Assembly: GCA_964638865.1 (NCBI GenBank)
Contig: CAZXBG010000006.1
Location: 1-50,940, forward strand
Direction of reading: 5' to 3'
DNA length: 50,940 nt
Origin: an uncultured Chitinophagales bacterium
GTDB lineage: Bacteria > Bacteroidota > Bacteroidia > Chitinophagales > BACL12
The stretch's first letter is position 1; each line of letters starts with the position of its first letter. The notes under the pieces were generated by a model. The model saw only the letters and a list, made by a program, of their open reading frames with translations, had not been told where the DNA came from and did no database searches. The position numbers were made by a program, and so were the translations under genes. Of this stretch, positions 9,655 through 20,171 are shown piece after piece.

Positions 9655-11085
9655 CTACCTAAGAATCAACAATCTATCCGCATCCAATCTCAACATAATA
9701 AATATCAAAATAGAAAATGCCAATACAGAAGAGCCGCCATAGGATATAAAAGGAAGTGGAATTCCAATTACGGGAATCAATCCTATCGTCATGCCCACAT
9801 TGATCATAATCTGTAAAAAGAAGAAACTTGCAACACAATATGCATATACACGAGAGAAAGGAGAACGCTGTCGCTCCGCAATAAATATTATTCTTAAAAT
9901 AAATACAAGATAAACGATCAGGAACATAAATGTTCCAATGAAACCAAATTCTTCTCCTATGGTACAAAAAATAAAATCAGTACTTTGTTCCGGTACTTGT
10001 TCCGATTGTGTAAGCGTTCCTTCCAGATAACCTTTACCGGCAATTCCACCGGAACCTATGGTCATTTTACTTTGAGTAATATTGAAGGTGAGGTCACTGT
10101 CATCGTCAATTACACCTACTGTTACTAAAACACGTTCAGCCTGATACCCTTTTAAACCTTTGGTCATGATATAATCGGAGCCATAGGTTACAAATGCACC
10201 TATTAAAAGATATATTATAATACCAGGCCAAACGGGGTGATTTTTTTGTTTGCGCACTATCATATACGAAAAAATCAAAATCAATAAACCAATTATACTT
10301 CCAATTAATCTAAATTCCATATTTTGTAAGGCAATTACCAATACAACAACAGCAGTAATAAATAAACTCATAAATAAAATGCCTTTTGGTTTGTCTCTTC
10401 TGATAAGCCGCATGGAATTAGACAGAACATACCCAATAATTAAAATGGACAATACATAAATAATAATTAAGTGATCATAAAGTAAGGAGAATACAAAAGC
10501 GAGCATAATTGCAACTACTAAAATTACTTCATTTATTTTAAATCCCTCACGGTAAACCACAATAACAAGACTTGCATAAACTAAAGCAGAACCGAGATCA
10601 CTCTGAAGAATAATAATTCCCATTGGCACTCCCAGAATTAAATAAGCAATAATTTTATTTTTAAAATTTCGGGGTTGCCCTACTATCATGCTCAGAAATT
10701 TTGCGAGCATGAGTGCAGTTGTTGTTTTGCCAAATTCTGCCGGTTGAAATTGAAAGGAACCCACCTGTAACCAGCTTCTCGCACCATTTATATCCTTTGC
10801 AACAAAGTAGGTTAATACAAGTATTGCGAGCGTTATTCCATAAAAAATAAAAGCGAATTTTGTAAAAAAAGTACTGTCAAAGGTGAGTATGCTAAATCCA
10901 ACAATTAAGGAAATACCCATCCATATCATTTGTTTGCCATGTGCTTGCGAAAAGTTAAAAAAGCGGCTTACTTCAGAATCATAACTTACTGCAAAAACTG
11001 TCAATAAACCAAAAACCAATAATGCAAAGTAAAGCCCGAGTGCGAGCTTATCTACATTCTGCATTATCGAATTCTTCTCTCTCAT
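9655..11085 (-). CDS. rodA: Rod shape-determining SEDS glycosyltransferase RodA
   Basis: GARSWL, FQPAEFGK, QSDLGSA, PEQSTDFIF and PLPFISYGGSS; lies directly after mrdA. Confidence 0.95.
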   Translation of the reverse strand: MREKNSIMQNVDKLALGLYFALLVFGLLTVFAVSYDSEVSRFFNFSQAHGKQMIWMGISLIVGFSILTFDSTFFTKFAFIFYGITLAILVLTYFVAKDINGARSWLQVGSFQFQPAEFGKTTTALMLAKFLSMIVGQPRNFKNKIIAYLILGVPMGIIILQSDLGSALVYASLVIVVYREGFKINEVILVVAIMLAFVFSLLYDHLIIIYVLSILIIGYVLSNSMRLIRRDKPKGILFMSLFITAVVVLVIALQNMEFRLIGSIIGLLILIFSYMIVRKQKNHPVWPGIIIYLLIGAFVTYGSDYIMTKGLKGYQAERVLVTVGVIDDDSDLTFNITQSKMTIGSGGIAGKGYLEGTLTQSEQVPEQSTDFIFCTIGEEFGFIGTFMFLIVYLVFILRIIFIAERQRSPFSRVYAYCVASFFFLQIMINVGMTIGLIPVIGIPLPFISYGGSSVLAFSILIFIMLRLDADRLLILR

Positions 11086-12989
11086 TTCTTAGTAGGCAAA
11101 ACTGCAGCCTGAATTAAATTTTTAGTTTTTGCAGAATCAGCCGGAGTTTCTGTTTCAGGTTTTGGTTTTTGAATAAGGTCGGCATCGAACATTCTCTGTT
11201 CTAAATATTTTCTTTTTTCGCTTATTTCTCCTTTGAGATATTTTTCAATTACAAGACTTGCAATTGGTGCAGCATAACTTGCTCCCCAACCGCCATTTTC
11301 TACAATAATTGCAACTGTTATTTTCGGATTTTCCTGCGGGGCATAACAACTGAACCAACTGTGACTTTTTCCATGTGGGTTTTCCGCTGTTCCTGTTTTT
11401 CCGCAAACTTGAATAGAATCAATATGTGCAATTCTTGCTGTGCCATAATTTACAGCTCCTGCCATTCCTCTTTGTATATAAGGAAATATAGAATCATTAA
11501 TTCCGGTTTCATGTTTTACTTTAAATTCTTGAAGTATAGAATCTACATCTTCCGCATATTTTAATACGTGCGGGGTATAAAAAAATCCGCTATTTGCAAT
11601 TACAGCCATGGAATTTGAAGATTGTAACGGAGTAACAATAAGTTGATCCTGACCAATTCCCAGGGTTACACAATTGGAAGCCTTCCAACTTCCTTTACCA
11701 TAAATTTTATCATAATCCTCTGGATCAGGAACGTTTCCATTTCTTTCATTTGGCAGATCAATTCCGGTTCGTGTTCCAATTCCCCATAAAGCAAGATGTT
11801 CATTAAAATCGCGCAAGCCATCTGTTGGAGTTGCGTGATTGTGTTCCATAAAATATTTGAAGGTGTAACAGAAATAGGTATTACAAGAATGTCCGATTCC
11901 CAGTTCCACATTTCCGGCGTAAGGATGATTGTGACAGTCAACAGTATGTCCACCCATTGCATAACCACCGTTACAACCATAACCATCACCGGAAGAAAGA
12001 CTGCCTATATCCATTGAAATTGCTGCCATAACAGGTTTGAAAGTAGAGCCCGGAGGATAATATCCGCTTAAGGCGCGATTATTCAATGGACGTTCTTCAT
12101 CCATTACCAGTTTTGCAAAATTTTTAGTGCGCAAACTTCCCACTAAAAGATTGGGATCGTAGTTCGGTGAACTCACTATTGCGAGAATTTCGCCTGTTGA
12201 AGGTTCAATTGCAACTAAGGCGCCTCTTTTATTAACCAATAATTGTTCAGCATATGCCTGAAGTTCTATATCTATAGTAAGCGTGAGGTTTTTACCGGCA
12301 ACAGGGGCAATATCTTCACTTCCGTCGTTTAAAGGACCAACTTCACGTCCAAAACGATCAATAACAATATTTTTAAATCCTTTTTGTCCCCGCAAAAGAT
12401 TTTCATAACTTTTTTCCACGCCACTTTTTCCAATCACATCTGCATTTCGATAATATCCACCTGATTTTTTTATATCATTAGAATCCACTTCTGCAACATA
12501 TCCCAATAAGTGCGCTGCTGCCGGATAAGCATATTTTCTCACCGGACTAATTGCAGTATAAAATCCTTTGAATTCATATAAATATTCCTCTATCCTTCCA
12601 AATTCATCTGCAGATATTTGTGATAAAAAAACACTTTCGCGCATACGGGAAAATGATTTAGCTTCTGTCAATTTTTTTATAAAAAAAGCCTTATCCACTC
12701 CAACAATATCACAAAAACGATTGGTATCTATATCTTTCACCTGCGAAGGAACCACCATGAGTTTATAGCTGGGTTCGTTGTACACAATGAGTTTCCCGTT
12801 GCGGTCGAAAATTTGCCCGCGGTCGGGGTCTACCTGTTCTTTGCGAATACCACGATCATCGGCAATTTGTTTATAGGTGTCGTCGATGATCTGCAAATAA
12901 AACAATCGAATGAAAAAAATGATGAAAATGGCCACTATCAATGCCTGAATGATATAACTGCGCGGTTTTAAATTTTCAATGACTGCCAT
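11082..12989 (-). CDS. mrdA: Penicillin-binding protein 2
   Basis: RGQIFDRNG; transpeptidase motifs STFK, SCN and KTG; mre operon context. Confidence 0.95.
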   Translation of the reverse strand: MAVIENLKPRSYIIQALIVAIFIIFFIRLFYLQIIDDTYKQIADDRGIRKEQVDPDRGQIFDRNGKLIVYNEPSYKLMVVPSQVKDIDTNRFCDIVGVDKAFFIKKLTEAKSFSRMRESVFLSQISADEFGRIEEYLYEFKGFYTAISPVRKYAYPAAAHLLGYVAEVDSNDIKKSGGYYRNADVIGKSGVEKSYENLLRGQKGFKNIVIDRFGREVGPLNDGSEDIAPVAGKNLTLTIDIELQAYAEQLLVNKRGALVAIEPSTGEILAIVSSPNYDPNLLVGSLRTKNFAKLVMDEERPLNNRALSGYYPPGSTFKPVMAAISMDIGSLSSGDGYGCNGGYAMGGHTVDCHNHPYAGNVELGIGHSCNTYFCYTFKYFMEHNHATPTDGLRDFNEHLALWGIGTRTGIDLPNERNGNVPDPEDYDKIYGKGSWKASNCVTLGIGQDQLIVTPLQSSNSMAVIANSGFFYTPHVLKYAEDVDSILQEFKVKHETGINDSIFPYIQRGMAGAVNYGTARIAHIDSIQVCGKTGTAENPHGKSHSWFSCYAPQENPKITVAIIVENGGWGASYAAPIASLVIEKYLKGEISEKRKYLEQRMFDADLIQKPKPETETPADSAKTKNLIQAAVLPTKK

Positions 12990-13081
12990 TTGTGTAACCT
13001 GAAAAAATGAAGAATATTATAGACTGCAAATTTCGAAAATGTTTTGCAATTAAATACGGTTTGAAGTAATTAACGAAATAA

Positions 13082-13603
13082 TTATTTTCTGACTTTTCTT
13101 TTAGAAAAAAGAAAGGCAAAAATGATAATGAGTAAAGTAGAAATTATTGTGCTTAAAATAATTTTTAGTAACAGATATCCTATATCATTCATCCAAAATA
13201 CCTGCAATAAAAAATAAATGCTGTGGTGTATAAAAATAATAGTGAGTGCAAAGAGCGAAAACCACACCACACCTAGTTCGGAGAGGGAAGGAGCGTTAAC
13301 ATTTTCATATCCTGTTATCGGAGTATAAAATTTTATAAGTGAAGGTCTTATGAATGCGATAAATACACAAGCAGCGGCGTGCATACCGCCTGTTACCATA
13401 AAAAGATCAATAGATAATCCCGCAAAAAATGCCAGAGGTAATAACAACCATTTTGGCGTTTCAAAGGGCAGTAAAATAATGAACATGGGATAAATGTAAG
13501 GATGAATATAAGTGCTCACATTCAGCTTATTGAGTACCAATACCTGAAACAGTATCAGGAAAGCCAATCCGAGAAAACGCAATATCCAATTAATTATCTG
13601 CAT
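13082..13603 (-). CDS. mreD: Rod shape-determining protein MreD
   Basis: Hydrophobic 173-aa protein between mreC and mrdA; PYIYPMFIILLP...GLSIDLF...GMHAAA. Confidence 0.85.
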   Translation of the reverse strand: MQIINWILRFLGLAFLILFQVLVLNKLNVSTYIHPYIYPMFIILLPFETPKWLLLPLAFFAGLSIDLFMVTGGMHAAACVFIAFIRPSLIKFYTPITGYENVNAPSLSELGVVWFSLFALTIIFIHHSIYFLLQVFWMNDIGYLLLKIILSTIISTLLIIIFAFLFSKRKVRK

Positions 13604-14441
13604 TTATTACCTCATTTTCAATGGTTTGCCTTTCCTCACGAAATATTTCATTTACAACGTACACATATTTTAAAGCGTTAAAATTTGTGGAAAGTTTTAC
13701 ATCTAATCTATAATAGTTGGAACCTGGATCCTTGCCGAATTCTTCCAAAATGCCAACCATGATGTTTGGAGGAAAGGAGCCTTGCCTAACAGCACTAGAG
13801 CCTTCTACAGTAATTATAGAATCTCCTTTCTGTAACTGACCCGGTTCTGAAACCTCTACAATGCTGATCATTGTAGGTGATTTTCCTTCCCACATCAGTC
13901 TGCCGGTTGCATTATTTTTTTTCACCGCCACCCTGCTTCGGAACTGACTGTGTAAAACACTCATTACAACACTGTAATTTGGCGATACCTTTACTACTCT
14001 GCCAACTATACCACTGGAGGTTATAACGCCCATTTCCTGTTTTATTCCGTGGTTTGATCCTTTGTTGAGGGTGATAAAGTTGTTCGGTTCCGTTATGGAA
14101 TTGCCAATCACTCCCGCAGGAATATAGGAATAGAGTTGTATTCCTAATGAATCTTTTATTGAATAGACAGAGGAAGTATCTGTTTTGTTGGATTCTGCCA
14201 TTTGCGCCCTCAATCTGCTGTTTTCTATCAACAAACTGTCGTTTACCTCACGCAGAGCAAAATAATCCTGAAAATTACCATAGGTATTCAGCACATTGCC
14301 CGTTAAACCGTTTGCGGAATTGATAAAAAAGGTGCGATGGTAATTATTGTAGGTGAAAACAAAATACAAGGAAATGAACTCCAGCAGTAAAAATAAAAAT
14401 ACTGTATTGTATCGTATGATGAATAAAAAGAAGCTACGCAT
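13590..14441 (-). CDS. mreC: Rod shape-determining protein MreC
   Basis: N-terminal TM, coiled coil ENSRLRA, ITLNKGSNHGI...GIVGRV and FPPNIMVG. Confidence 0.93.
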   Translation of the reverse strand: MRSFFLFIIRYNTVFLFLLLEFISLYFVFTYNNYHRTFFINSANGLTGNVLNTYGNFQDYFALREVNDSLLIENSRLRAQMAESNKTDTSSVYSIKDSLGIQLYSYIPAGVIGNSITEPNNFITLNKGSNHGIKQEMGVITSSGIVGRVVKVSPNYSVVMSVLHSQFRSRVAVKKNNATGRLMWEGKSPTMISIVEVSEPGQLQKGDSIITVEGSSAVRQGSFPPNIMVGILEEFGKDPGSNYYRLDVKLSTNFNALKYVYVVNEIFREERQTIENEVINADN

Positions 14442-14456
14442 TATTCATCCTTGGAA

Positions 14457-15482
14457 TTAGTTCATGAGTAAAGCTGCATATTGTTCGCGGTTCTTCAATG
14501 CGATGCCGGTGCCGCGCACAACTGCCTTTAAAGGATCGTCGGCAACATGCACTGCGAGTTTGGTTTTTAAACTGATACGTTTATCCAACCCTCTTAATAA
14601 TGCACCACCACCGGTTAAATAAATTCCGTTGCGCTGAATATCACTCGCCAATTCGGGAGGAGTGGTTTCCAGTGCTTTTAAAATGGCCTCTTCAATTTTA
14701 GAGATGGATTTATCTAAGGAATGAGATATTTCAGAGTAGGTTACAACCAGTTGTTTCGGTATTCCCGTCATAAGGTCGCGACCACTCACCTGATAATCCT
14801 CCGGCGCTTCATCCAATTCCGGGAGAGCTGAACCCACATTTATTTTTATAGCTTCTGCTGTGCGTTCTCCAATTAAAAGATTGTGTTGACGGCGCATATA
14901 ATCTACGATATCAGCTGTAAACTCATCTCCGGCAACGCGAATAGACTGGTCGCAAACGATTCCCGAAAGTGCAACAACTGCAATTTCAGTGGTTCCACCC
15001 CCAATATCGATGATCATGTTTCCTATCGGTTCCTGAACATCTAATCCAATTCCCAATGCCGCTGCCATTGGCTCGTGTATTAACCAGGCTTCGCGTGCAC
15101 CGGCTTGTTCGGCGCTGTCTTTTACTGCGCGTTTTTCCACTTCCGTAATTCCGGAAGGGATACAAATCACCATGATAAGTGATGGTTTAAACAATCTGTT
15201 TTTCGGAAAAATCATGCTTATCATGCCGCGAATCATCGCTTCAGCAGCCTGAAAGTCAGCAATAACGCCATCCCGCAGCGGTCGGATCGTTTTTATATTA
15301 TCATGGGTCTTCTCATGCATTTGCATCGCACGTTTGCCTACTGCGATTACTTTTTCTGTTTTACGGTCAATCGCCACGATAGACGGCTCATCCACCATTA
15401 TCTTATCATGTGCGATAATAAGTGTGTTTGCTGTGCCGAGATCGATTGCAATTTCCTGAGTGAGAAAGTTGAATATACCCAT
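14457..15482 (-). CDS. mreB: Actin-like rod shape-determining protein MreB
   Basis: AIDLGTANT, EPMAAALG, DIGGGTTE and LTGGGALL. Confidence 0.97.
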   Translation of the reverse strand: MGIFNFLTQEIAIDLGTANTLIIAHDKIMVDEPSIVAIDRKTEKVIAVGKRAMQMHEKTHDNIKTIRPLRDGVIADFQAAEAMIRGMISMIFPKNRLFKPSLIMVICIPSGITEVEKRAVKDSAEQAGAREAWLIHEPMAAALGIGLDVQEPIGNMIIDIGGGTTEIAVVALSGIVCDQSIRVAGDEFTADIVDYMRRQHNLLIGERTAEAIKINVGSALPELDEAPEDYQVSGRDLMTGIPKQLVVTYSEISHSLDKSISKIEEAILKALETTPPELASDIQRNGIYLTGGGALLRGLDKRISLKTKLAVHVADDPLKAVVRGTGIALKNREQYAALLMN

Positions 15483-15511
15483 GTTCGTTTCTTAAAATAT
15501 CTATAAAGATG

Positions 15512-15519
15512 CAAAATTA
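15512..15519 (-). promoter_or_regulatory. -7 promoter element for mreB
   Basis: The reverse complement TAATTTTG lies about 30 nt upstream of the mreB ATG. Confidence 0.5.
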
Positions 15520-15837
15520 AAGTTTGTTATTTACTTGAGAGGATATAAAACAACGATTTATATAAATAAATGAAAAATAATTTTTTGGTGGGAGAAATCT
15601 ATAAATGTATACTCTAAACAAAAGGTAAAAATTAAAAATTTTAATGATGAAATAACGGTAGAAATCTAAATCAGCAATATCGTTTTTTTATAAGTGCCTA
15701 AAGTTGAGAACAGCATCTATGAGCATCCCATAAACAACTTTGTGCGTAAAGTAATAAGATAATTTGGTATGTATAAAAAAGAGTAATGAATGATCGAATT
15801 TTAGTAACTGTAATGATATAATTTTTCGATTTAGTAA

Positions 15838-17367
15838 TCAATGTTTAAAATGCCTCAACCCATTTAAAACCATAGCTAATCCATTTGCATTACAATAGTC
15901 AATCGAGCCCTGGTCGCGGATGCTTCCACCCGGCTGAATAACGGCTGTAATGCCCGCCTCATGGGCAATTTGGACACAATCGGGGAACGGGAAGAAGGCC
16001 TCACTTGCCATTGCGGCACCACTAATATCGAATCCATTTTTTTTTGCTTTATCAATAGCCTGATTAAGAGAGTCAACCCTAGAAGTTTGCCCTGTTCCAC
16101 ACCCAATTAATTGATTGTTTTTAACAAGCGCAATTCCGTTAGATTTTAAATGTTTAACTGCTTTTTCTGCAAACAGCAAATCGTTAATTTGTTGAGTGTT
16201 AGGTTTTAATTCAGTTACGTATTGTAATTCTTCGGTTACTTTCTTATTTCTATCCTGAACTAAAATGCCATTCAGCATACTTTTATATTGTAGTTCAGGG
16301 AAGGAGAATATTTTTTGAAGTAAGAGTATGCGGTTCTTTTTAGTTTGTAAAACAACTAATGCTTCGGGTTCATAATTGGGAGCAATAAGCACTTCAAAAA
16401 ATAATTGATTGATCTTATAAGCAGTAGCCAGATCAATTTTCGAATTGCATATTAAAACACCTCCAAAGGCCGAAACAGGATCTGCTTCCAGAGCCATATC
16501 CCAGGCCGTCTCCAAAGTGGCGGTAGTAGCCAGGCCGCAGGGATTGGTATGCTTTATGATGGCAAAGGTGCTAAAACCGCGGTTTTTAACCTCTTCAAAT
16601 TCTTCCATTAAATAGATACAGCTTTCGATATCCACCAGATTGTTATACGAAATTTCTTTGCCGTGTAATTTGTCGAATACCTCCGTTAACTTGCCATAAA
16701 ATGCAGCTTGCTGATGTGGATTCTCTCCATAACGCATAGGAACCTTCGGCGAAAAACGCATCCCGAAATTCTCCTCGTGATTAAAATAGGTGTAAATAGC
16801 ATTATCGTATTTGGAAGTTATTTCAAATGCTTTTTTCGCAAAATGTTTGCGTTGACCTAATTCAGTTAATCCCTTTTGTTCGGTTAAAATTTCTAAACAA
16901 TCGGCATAATCATCTTTAGAAGCAATAATCATTACATCCCTAAAGTTTTTTGCTGCTGCGCGGATAAGGGAAACGCCGCCAATATCAATTTTTTCTATGA
17001 TCTCCGATTCCTCATCACTTTTCTTCAATGTTTCTTCAAAAGGATAGAGATCAACAATCACAAGGTCAATTGTTGGAATATCGTATTTGGCAAGTTGTTG
17101 AAGATGTTCTTCCTCCTCACGCCGAGCCAAAATGCCCCCAAATACCTTTGGATGCAGGGTTTTTACTCTGCCTCCTAATATACTTGGATATTCCGTTAAG
17201 TCTTCAACAGCTTTTACAGGTATACCCATTTCTTCTATAAATGACCTGGTTCCGCCGGTAGAGTAAATAGTAACACCAAGTTCGTTGAGTTTTTTAACGA
17301 GGATGTCCAACTTATCTTTGTAATAAACAGAAATTAAAGCGGATTTGATCTGAACGGGAAATTGCAT
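15838..17367 (-). CDS. purH: Bifunctional AICAR transformylase/IMP cyclohydrolase
   Basis: ALISVYYK, STGGT, GRVKTLHP, IDIGG, RYGENPHQ, KHTNPCG, QPGGSIRD and RHFKH. ATG 17367 is the likely start. Confidence 0.97.
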   Translation of the reverse strand: MQFPVQIKSALISVYYKDKLDILVKKLNELGVTIYSTGGTRSFIEEMGIPVKAVEDLTEYPSILGGRVKTLHPKVFGGILARREEEEHLQQLAKYDIPTIDLVIVDLYPFEETLKKSDEESEIIEKIDIGGVSLIRAAAKNFRDVMIIASKDDYADCLEILTEQKGLTELGQRKHFAKKAFEITSKYDNAIYTYFNHEENFGMRFSPKVPMRYGENPHQQAAFYGKLTEVFDKLHGKEISYNNLVDIESCIYLMEEFEEVKNRGFSTFAIIKHTNPCGLATTATLETAWDMALEADPVSAFGGVLICNSKIDLATAYKINQLFFEVLIAPNYEPEALVVLQTKKNRILLLQKIFSFPELQYKSMLNGILVQDRNKKVTEELQYVTELKPNTQQINDLLFAEKAVKHLKSNGIALVKNNQLIGCGTGQTSRVDSLNQAIDKAKKNGFDISGAAMASEAFFPFPDCVQIAHEAGITAVIQPGGSIRDQGSIDYCNANGLAMVLNGLRHFKH

Positions 17368-17391
17368 ATTAGAATTTTGGAAACGAAAAGG

Positions 17392-17399
17392 CAAAGTTA
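17392..17399 (-). promoter_or_regulatory. -7 promoter element for purH
   Basis: The reverse complement TAACTTTG lies 24 nt upstream of ATG 17367. Confidence 0.55.
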
Positions 17400-17456
17400 C
17401 CAGCTTGAAGGCAAATTTTGACCGTTTGGCAGAGTTATACGAATTTGAAGCGGGAG

Positions 17457-18062
17457 TTACTTTTTACTTAACAACAATTTTTCCACCACGCGAGGCAAAT
17501 GATAATACTCCAGTTTGCGCACTTTTTGTTGGATAGAACTTATAGTATCCTCTTTAGAAATGGGCACACTTTGCTGAAAAATAATTTTGCCGTTATCGTA
17601 AATTTCATCTACTTGATGAATGGTTATTCCGGTCTCTTTTTCACCTTGTTCTAAAACTGTTTTATGGATGTTTTTTCCATACATTCCTTTACCACCGAAT
17701 TTTGGCAATAATGCAGGATGAATATTGATCATTTTATGTAGAAATGCCTGAATTAATTCTTTTGGAATCAGCGCTAAATATCCTGCAAGCAGAATTAAGT
17801 CGATGTTATAATGTTGTAGTTCCAGAATAATATTTTTAACATCCTCCCAATCTTTTTTTTCATAAATTTTATAGGGGATATTATTTTTTTCTGCAATGGA
17901 AATTACCCCTGCTTCTTTTTTGTTTGTTACTATTAATTGTACTTTAATATTTGAATTGTTTTTAAAATATTGAATGCAATTTTCGGCATTGGTACCTGCA
18001 CCGGAAGCAAAAATTGCAATATTTTTAATTTTAATATCCTGTTGTTCAGAGTCCGAATTCAT
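17457..18062 (-). CDS. purN: Phosphoribosylglycinamide formyltransferase
   Basis: IAIFASGAGTN, LAGY, NIHPALLPKFGG and GITIHQVD...YDNG. Confidence 0.95.
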   Translation of the reverse strand: MNSDSEQQDIKIKNIAIFASGAGTNAENCIQYFKNNSNIKVQLIVTNKKEAGVISIAEKNNIPYKIYEKKDWEDVKNIILELQHYNIDLILLAGYLALIPKELIQAFLHKMINIHPALLPKFGGKGMYGKNIHKTVLEQGEKETGITIHQVDEIYDNGKIIFQQSVPISKEDTISSIQQKVRKLEYYHLPRVVEKLLLSKK

Positions 18063-19524
18063 CTACTAATATTTTTTGAAAAAGATCCTGTACATTTAAT
18101 AATCCATCCAACTTATTTAATTCAAGTGTAGAAATCACAAAATTGGTATTTCCTGCAAAGTCTGATTTTTTCGCGATTACAATGGACGCTCCTGTCCAAG
18201 GGGTTAATGATAAAGTAATATTATCTTTTGCAGTGAGTTCAGCTTCATACAATGGTGTTGCGCCAATTTGTAAAATAATAGGTTTTACAATCCCCACAAT
18301 CGCGGTACCCTGAAGGGTTGGATAATCAACATCAAGGGGAATTAATTGTGCTCCAAGATCCAATATCAGCGAGGTGTCTGTGGGATTTACCAATTCGGCA
18401 ATTGGTGTAAAATCAAGAAAATTACTGAGTGGATCAAAGGAGGAAGAAATATAAACACTCATCAACATTTTTCCACCCGAATTAAAAAATGCTTCTGTTG
18501 TTTTTTGTGCTAAGGAAAAAGAATTGTCTGCGCTGTTGCTGAACCAAATTATTACATCGAATAGGGCAAATACTTTTCCTTGCGTAATATTATCTGCAGA
18601 CTGTTGTGTATAATTTCCTGCAATTTGTTCAAATATTTGTGTGGTATCAAAAACAGTAATTCCATTCGCAATTAAGTTGGATGCATAAAAATTTTCATTT
18701 GTGGTAGTTGTGTATCCATTTACCATTAAAACATTGCTATTCACCTTTTTTACAAAAACAGAATCGGAAACAACAAAAACACTTTTAGCCTCGCTCTGAT
18801 CTACTGCTCTGATATAAAATTTATTCCAGGAATTTGTTTTTAATCCGTTTATAGAAATTGCGTTGGGTGATGTTGCTGCGTTTTGATAAACATCACAAAT
18901 AAGATCGGTTATCATTGGGTCTTGCGCTTCGAAAATTGCACTGCTAACCGTTTTATCTAAAATATAAGGTTCATTTAAGGTATCGTTAAAATACACTTCA
19001 TATTGCAACAAATTATCCGCTCCGTCAGGATCGTTTCCTTCCCAATAAAATTTTAAAACAGGGAACGTTTTAATAGGTGTATTTATACCTTTTATAATAA
19101 TTACTGTTGGGGGTGAATTTTTTACCGGAATGGTCAATTTTGCCGGTGTTGGGTCTTTTTCTCCTGTATTGTCTATTGCACGCACATGAAACACATAATC
19201 TGCAGAATCGGCACCTGCGGGAGGAGCAAGTATAAAGGTGCTGTCCTGACTTTCTGTGTAGATCCAAATGGTTGACGGTGTTATTATGGGCTCAAAAGTA
19301 AACTCATAACCGGTTACAAACCCATCACCATCATCTCCCCACCAACGAAGTTCCACTTCACTTTCGAGTCTGTCCTCCCCAAAACGGATGATGGTATCAG
19401 CAACAGTATGGGTTTCGGGTGCTTGATTTGCATTAATAATTCCCTCTAGTTCTCTGTTGCAGGAAACCCAAAACAGGGCGACCAAAACAAGCGGGAAAAA
19501 GAATATTTTATTACTGCGAGGCAT
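18046..19524 (-). CDS. Uncharacterised lipoprotein with probable Ig/FN3-like beta domains
   Basis: Lipobox WVSC; beta-rich modules (LRWWGDDGDG...FHVRAIDNTG and FYWEGNDPDG...FYIRAVDQ); overlaps the purN start. ATG 19524 is the likely start. Confidence 0.75.
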   Translation of the reverse strand: MPRSNKIFFFPLVLVALFWVSCNRELEGIINANQAPETHTVADTIIRFGEDRLESEVELRWWGDDGDGFVTGYEFTFEPIITPSTIWIYTESQDSTFILAPPAGADSADYVFHVRAIDNTGEKDPTPAKLTIPVKNSPPTVIIIKGINTPIKTFPVLKFYWEGNDPDGADNLLQYEVYFNDTLNEPYILDKTVSSAIFEAQDPMITDLICDVYQNAATSPNAISINGLKTNSWNKFYIRAVDQSEAKSVFVVSDSVFVKKVNSNVLMVNGYTTTTNENFYASNLIANGITVFDTTQIFEQIAGNYTQQSADNITQGKVFALFDVIIWFSNSADNSFSLAQKTTEAFFNSGGKMLMSVYISSSFDPLSNFLDFTPIAELVNPTDTSLILDLGAQLIPLDVDYPTLQGTAIVGIVKPIILQIGATPLYEAELTAKDNITLSLTPWTGASIVIAKKSDFAGNTNFVISTLELNKLDGLLNVQDLFQKILVDEFGL

Positions 19525-19559
19525 ATTGTCGGCGAAGATAAGGCTTCTGGTCAAACACT

Positions 19560-19567
19560 TATATTTG
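19560..19567 (+). promoter_or_regulatory. -7 promoter element for the sugar-modification/upxY operon
   Basis: TATATTTG lies 16 nt upstream of ATG 19584. Confidence 0.55.
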
Positions 19568-19583
19568 CAGAATATAAATTAAT

Positions 19584-20162
19584 ATGCCAAAAAAGAGTTA
19601 CTTCATACACGAAACGGCAGTTGTTGATAATGGTGCCAGAATTGGAAACGGAACCAAAGTTTGGCATTTTTCCCATTTGATGCCGAACTGCATCATTGGA
19701 GAAAATTGTTCTTTGGGACAAAATGTATATATCGCATCACATGTTTCGCTTGGAAATAATGTGAAGGTGCAGAATAATGTATCCATATATGAAGGAGTTG
19801 TTTGTGAGGATGAGGTTTTTCTCGGACCGTCTATGGTTTTTACCAATGTTATTAATCCGCGAAGTGCTGTTATCCGAAAAAATGAATATAAAAAAACGCT
19901 CGTAAAAAAGGGTGTTACTATTGGTGCAAATGCAACTATTTTATGTGGCATAGAAATAGGCGCGTATGCATTTATTGGTGCCGGCGCTGTGGTTACAAAA
20001 AATATTAATGCTTATGCTTTGGTAACCGGAAACCCTGCAAAACAAACAGGTTGGATGAGCGAGGCGGGACAAAAACTGGAATTTAATTCTGCAGGAATTG
20101 CCATTTGTATGGAATCAAAAGAACAGTATAAATTGGAAGCCGGATCAGTGACAAAAATTTAA
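19584..20162 (+). CDS. Hexapeptide-repeat N-acetyltransferase, WbpD/WlbB-like
   Basis: [45 protein letters not shown] and GNPAKQTGW. Confidence 0.85.
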   Translation: MPKKSYFIHETAVVDNGARIGNGTKVWHFSHLMPNCIIGENCSLGQNVYIASHVSLGNNVKVQNNVSIYEGVVCEDEVFLGPSMVFTNVINPRSAVIRKNEYKKTLVKKGVTIGANATILCGIEIGAYAFIGAGAVVTKNINAYALVTGNPAKQTGWMSEAGQKLEFNSAGIAICMESKEQYKLEAGSVTKI

Positions 20163-20171
20163 AGGTAAGAG

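Noticed and set aside
9655-11085. RodA longer than the enterobacterial protein, with extra TM segments
   Set aside because: Extended RodA proteins are common in Bacteroidota and all core motifs are intact.
15483-15837. Riboswitch or sRNA in the 355-nt purH-mreB gap
   Set aside because: AT-rich with no convincing stems. It lies downstream of purH, and the purH leader itself is too short for a ZMP/ZTP riboswitch.
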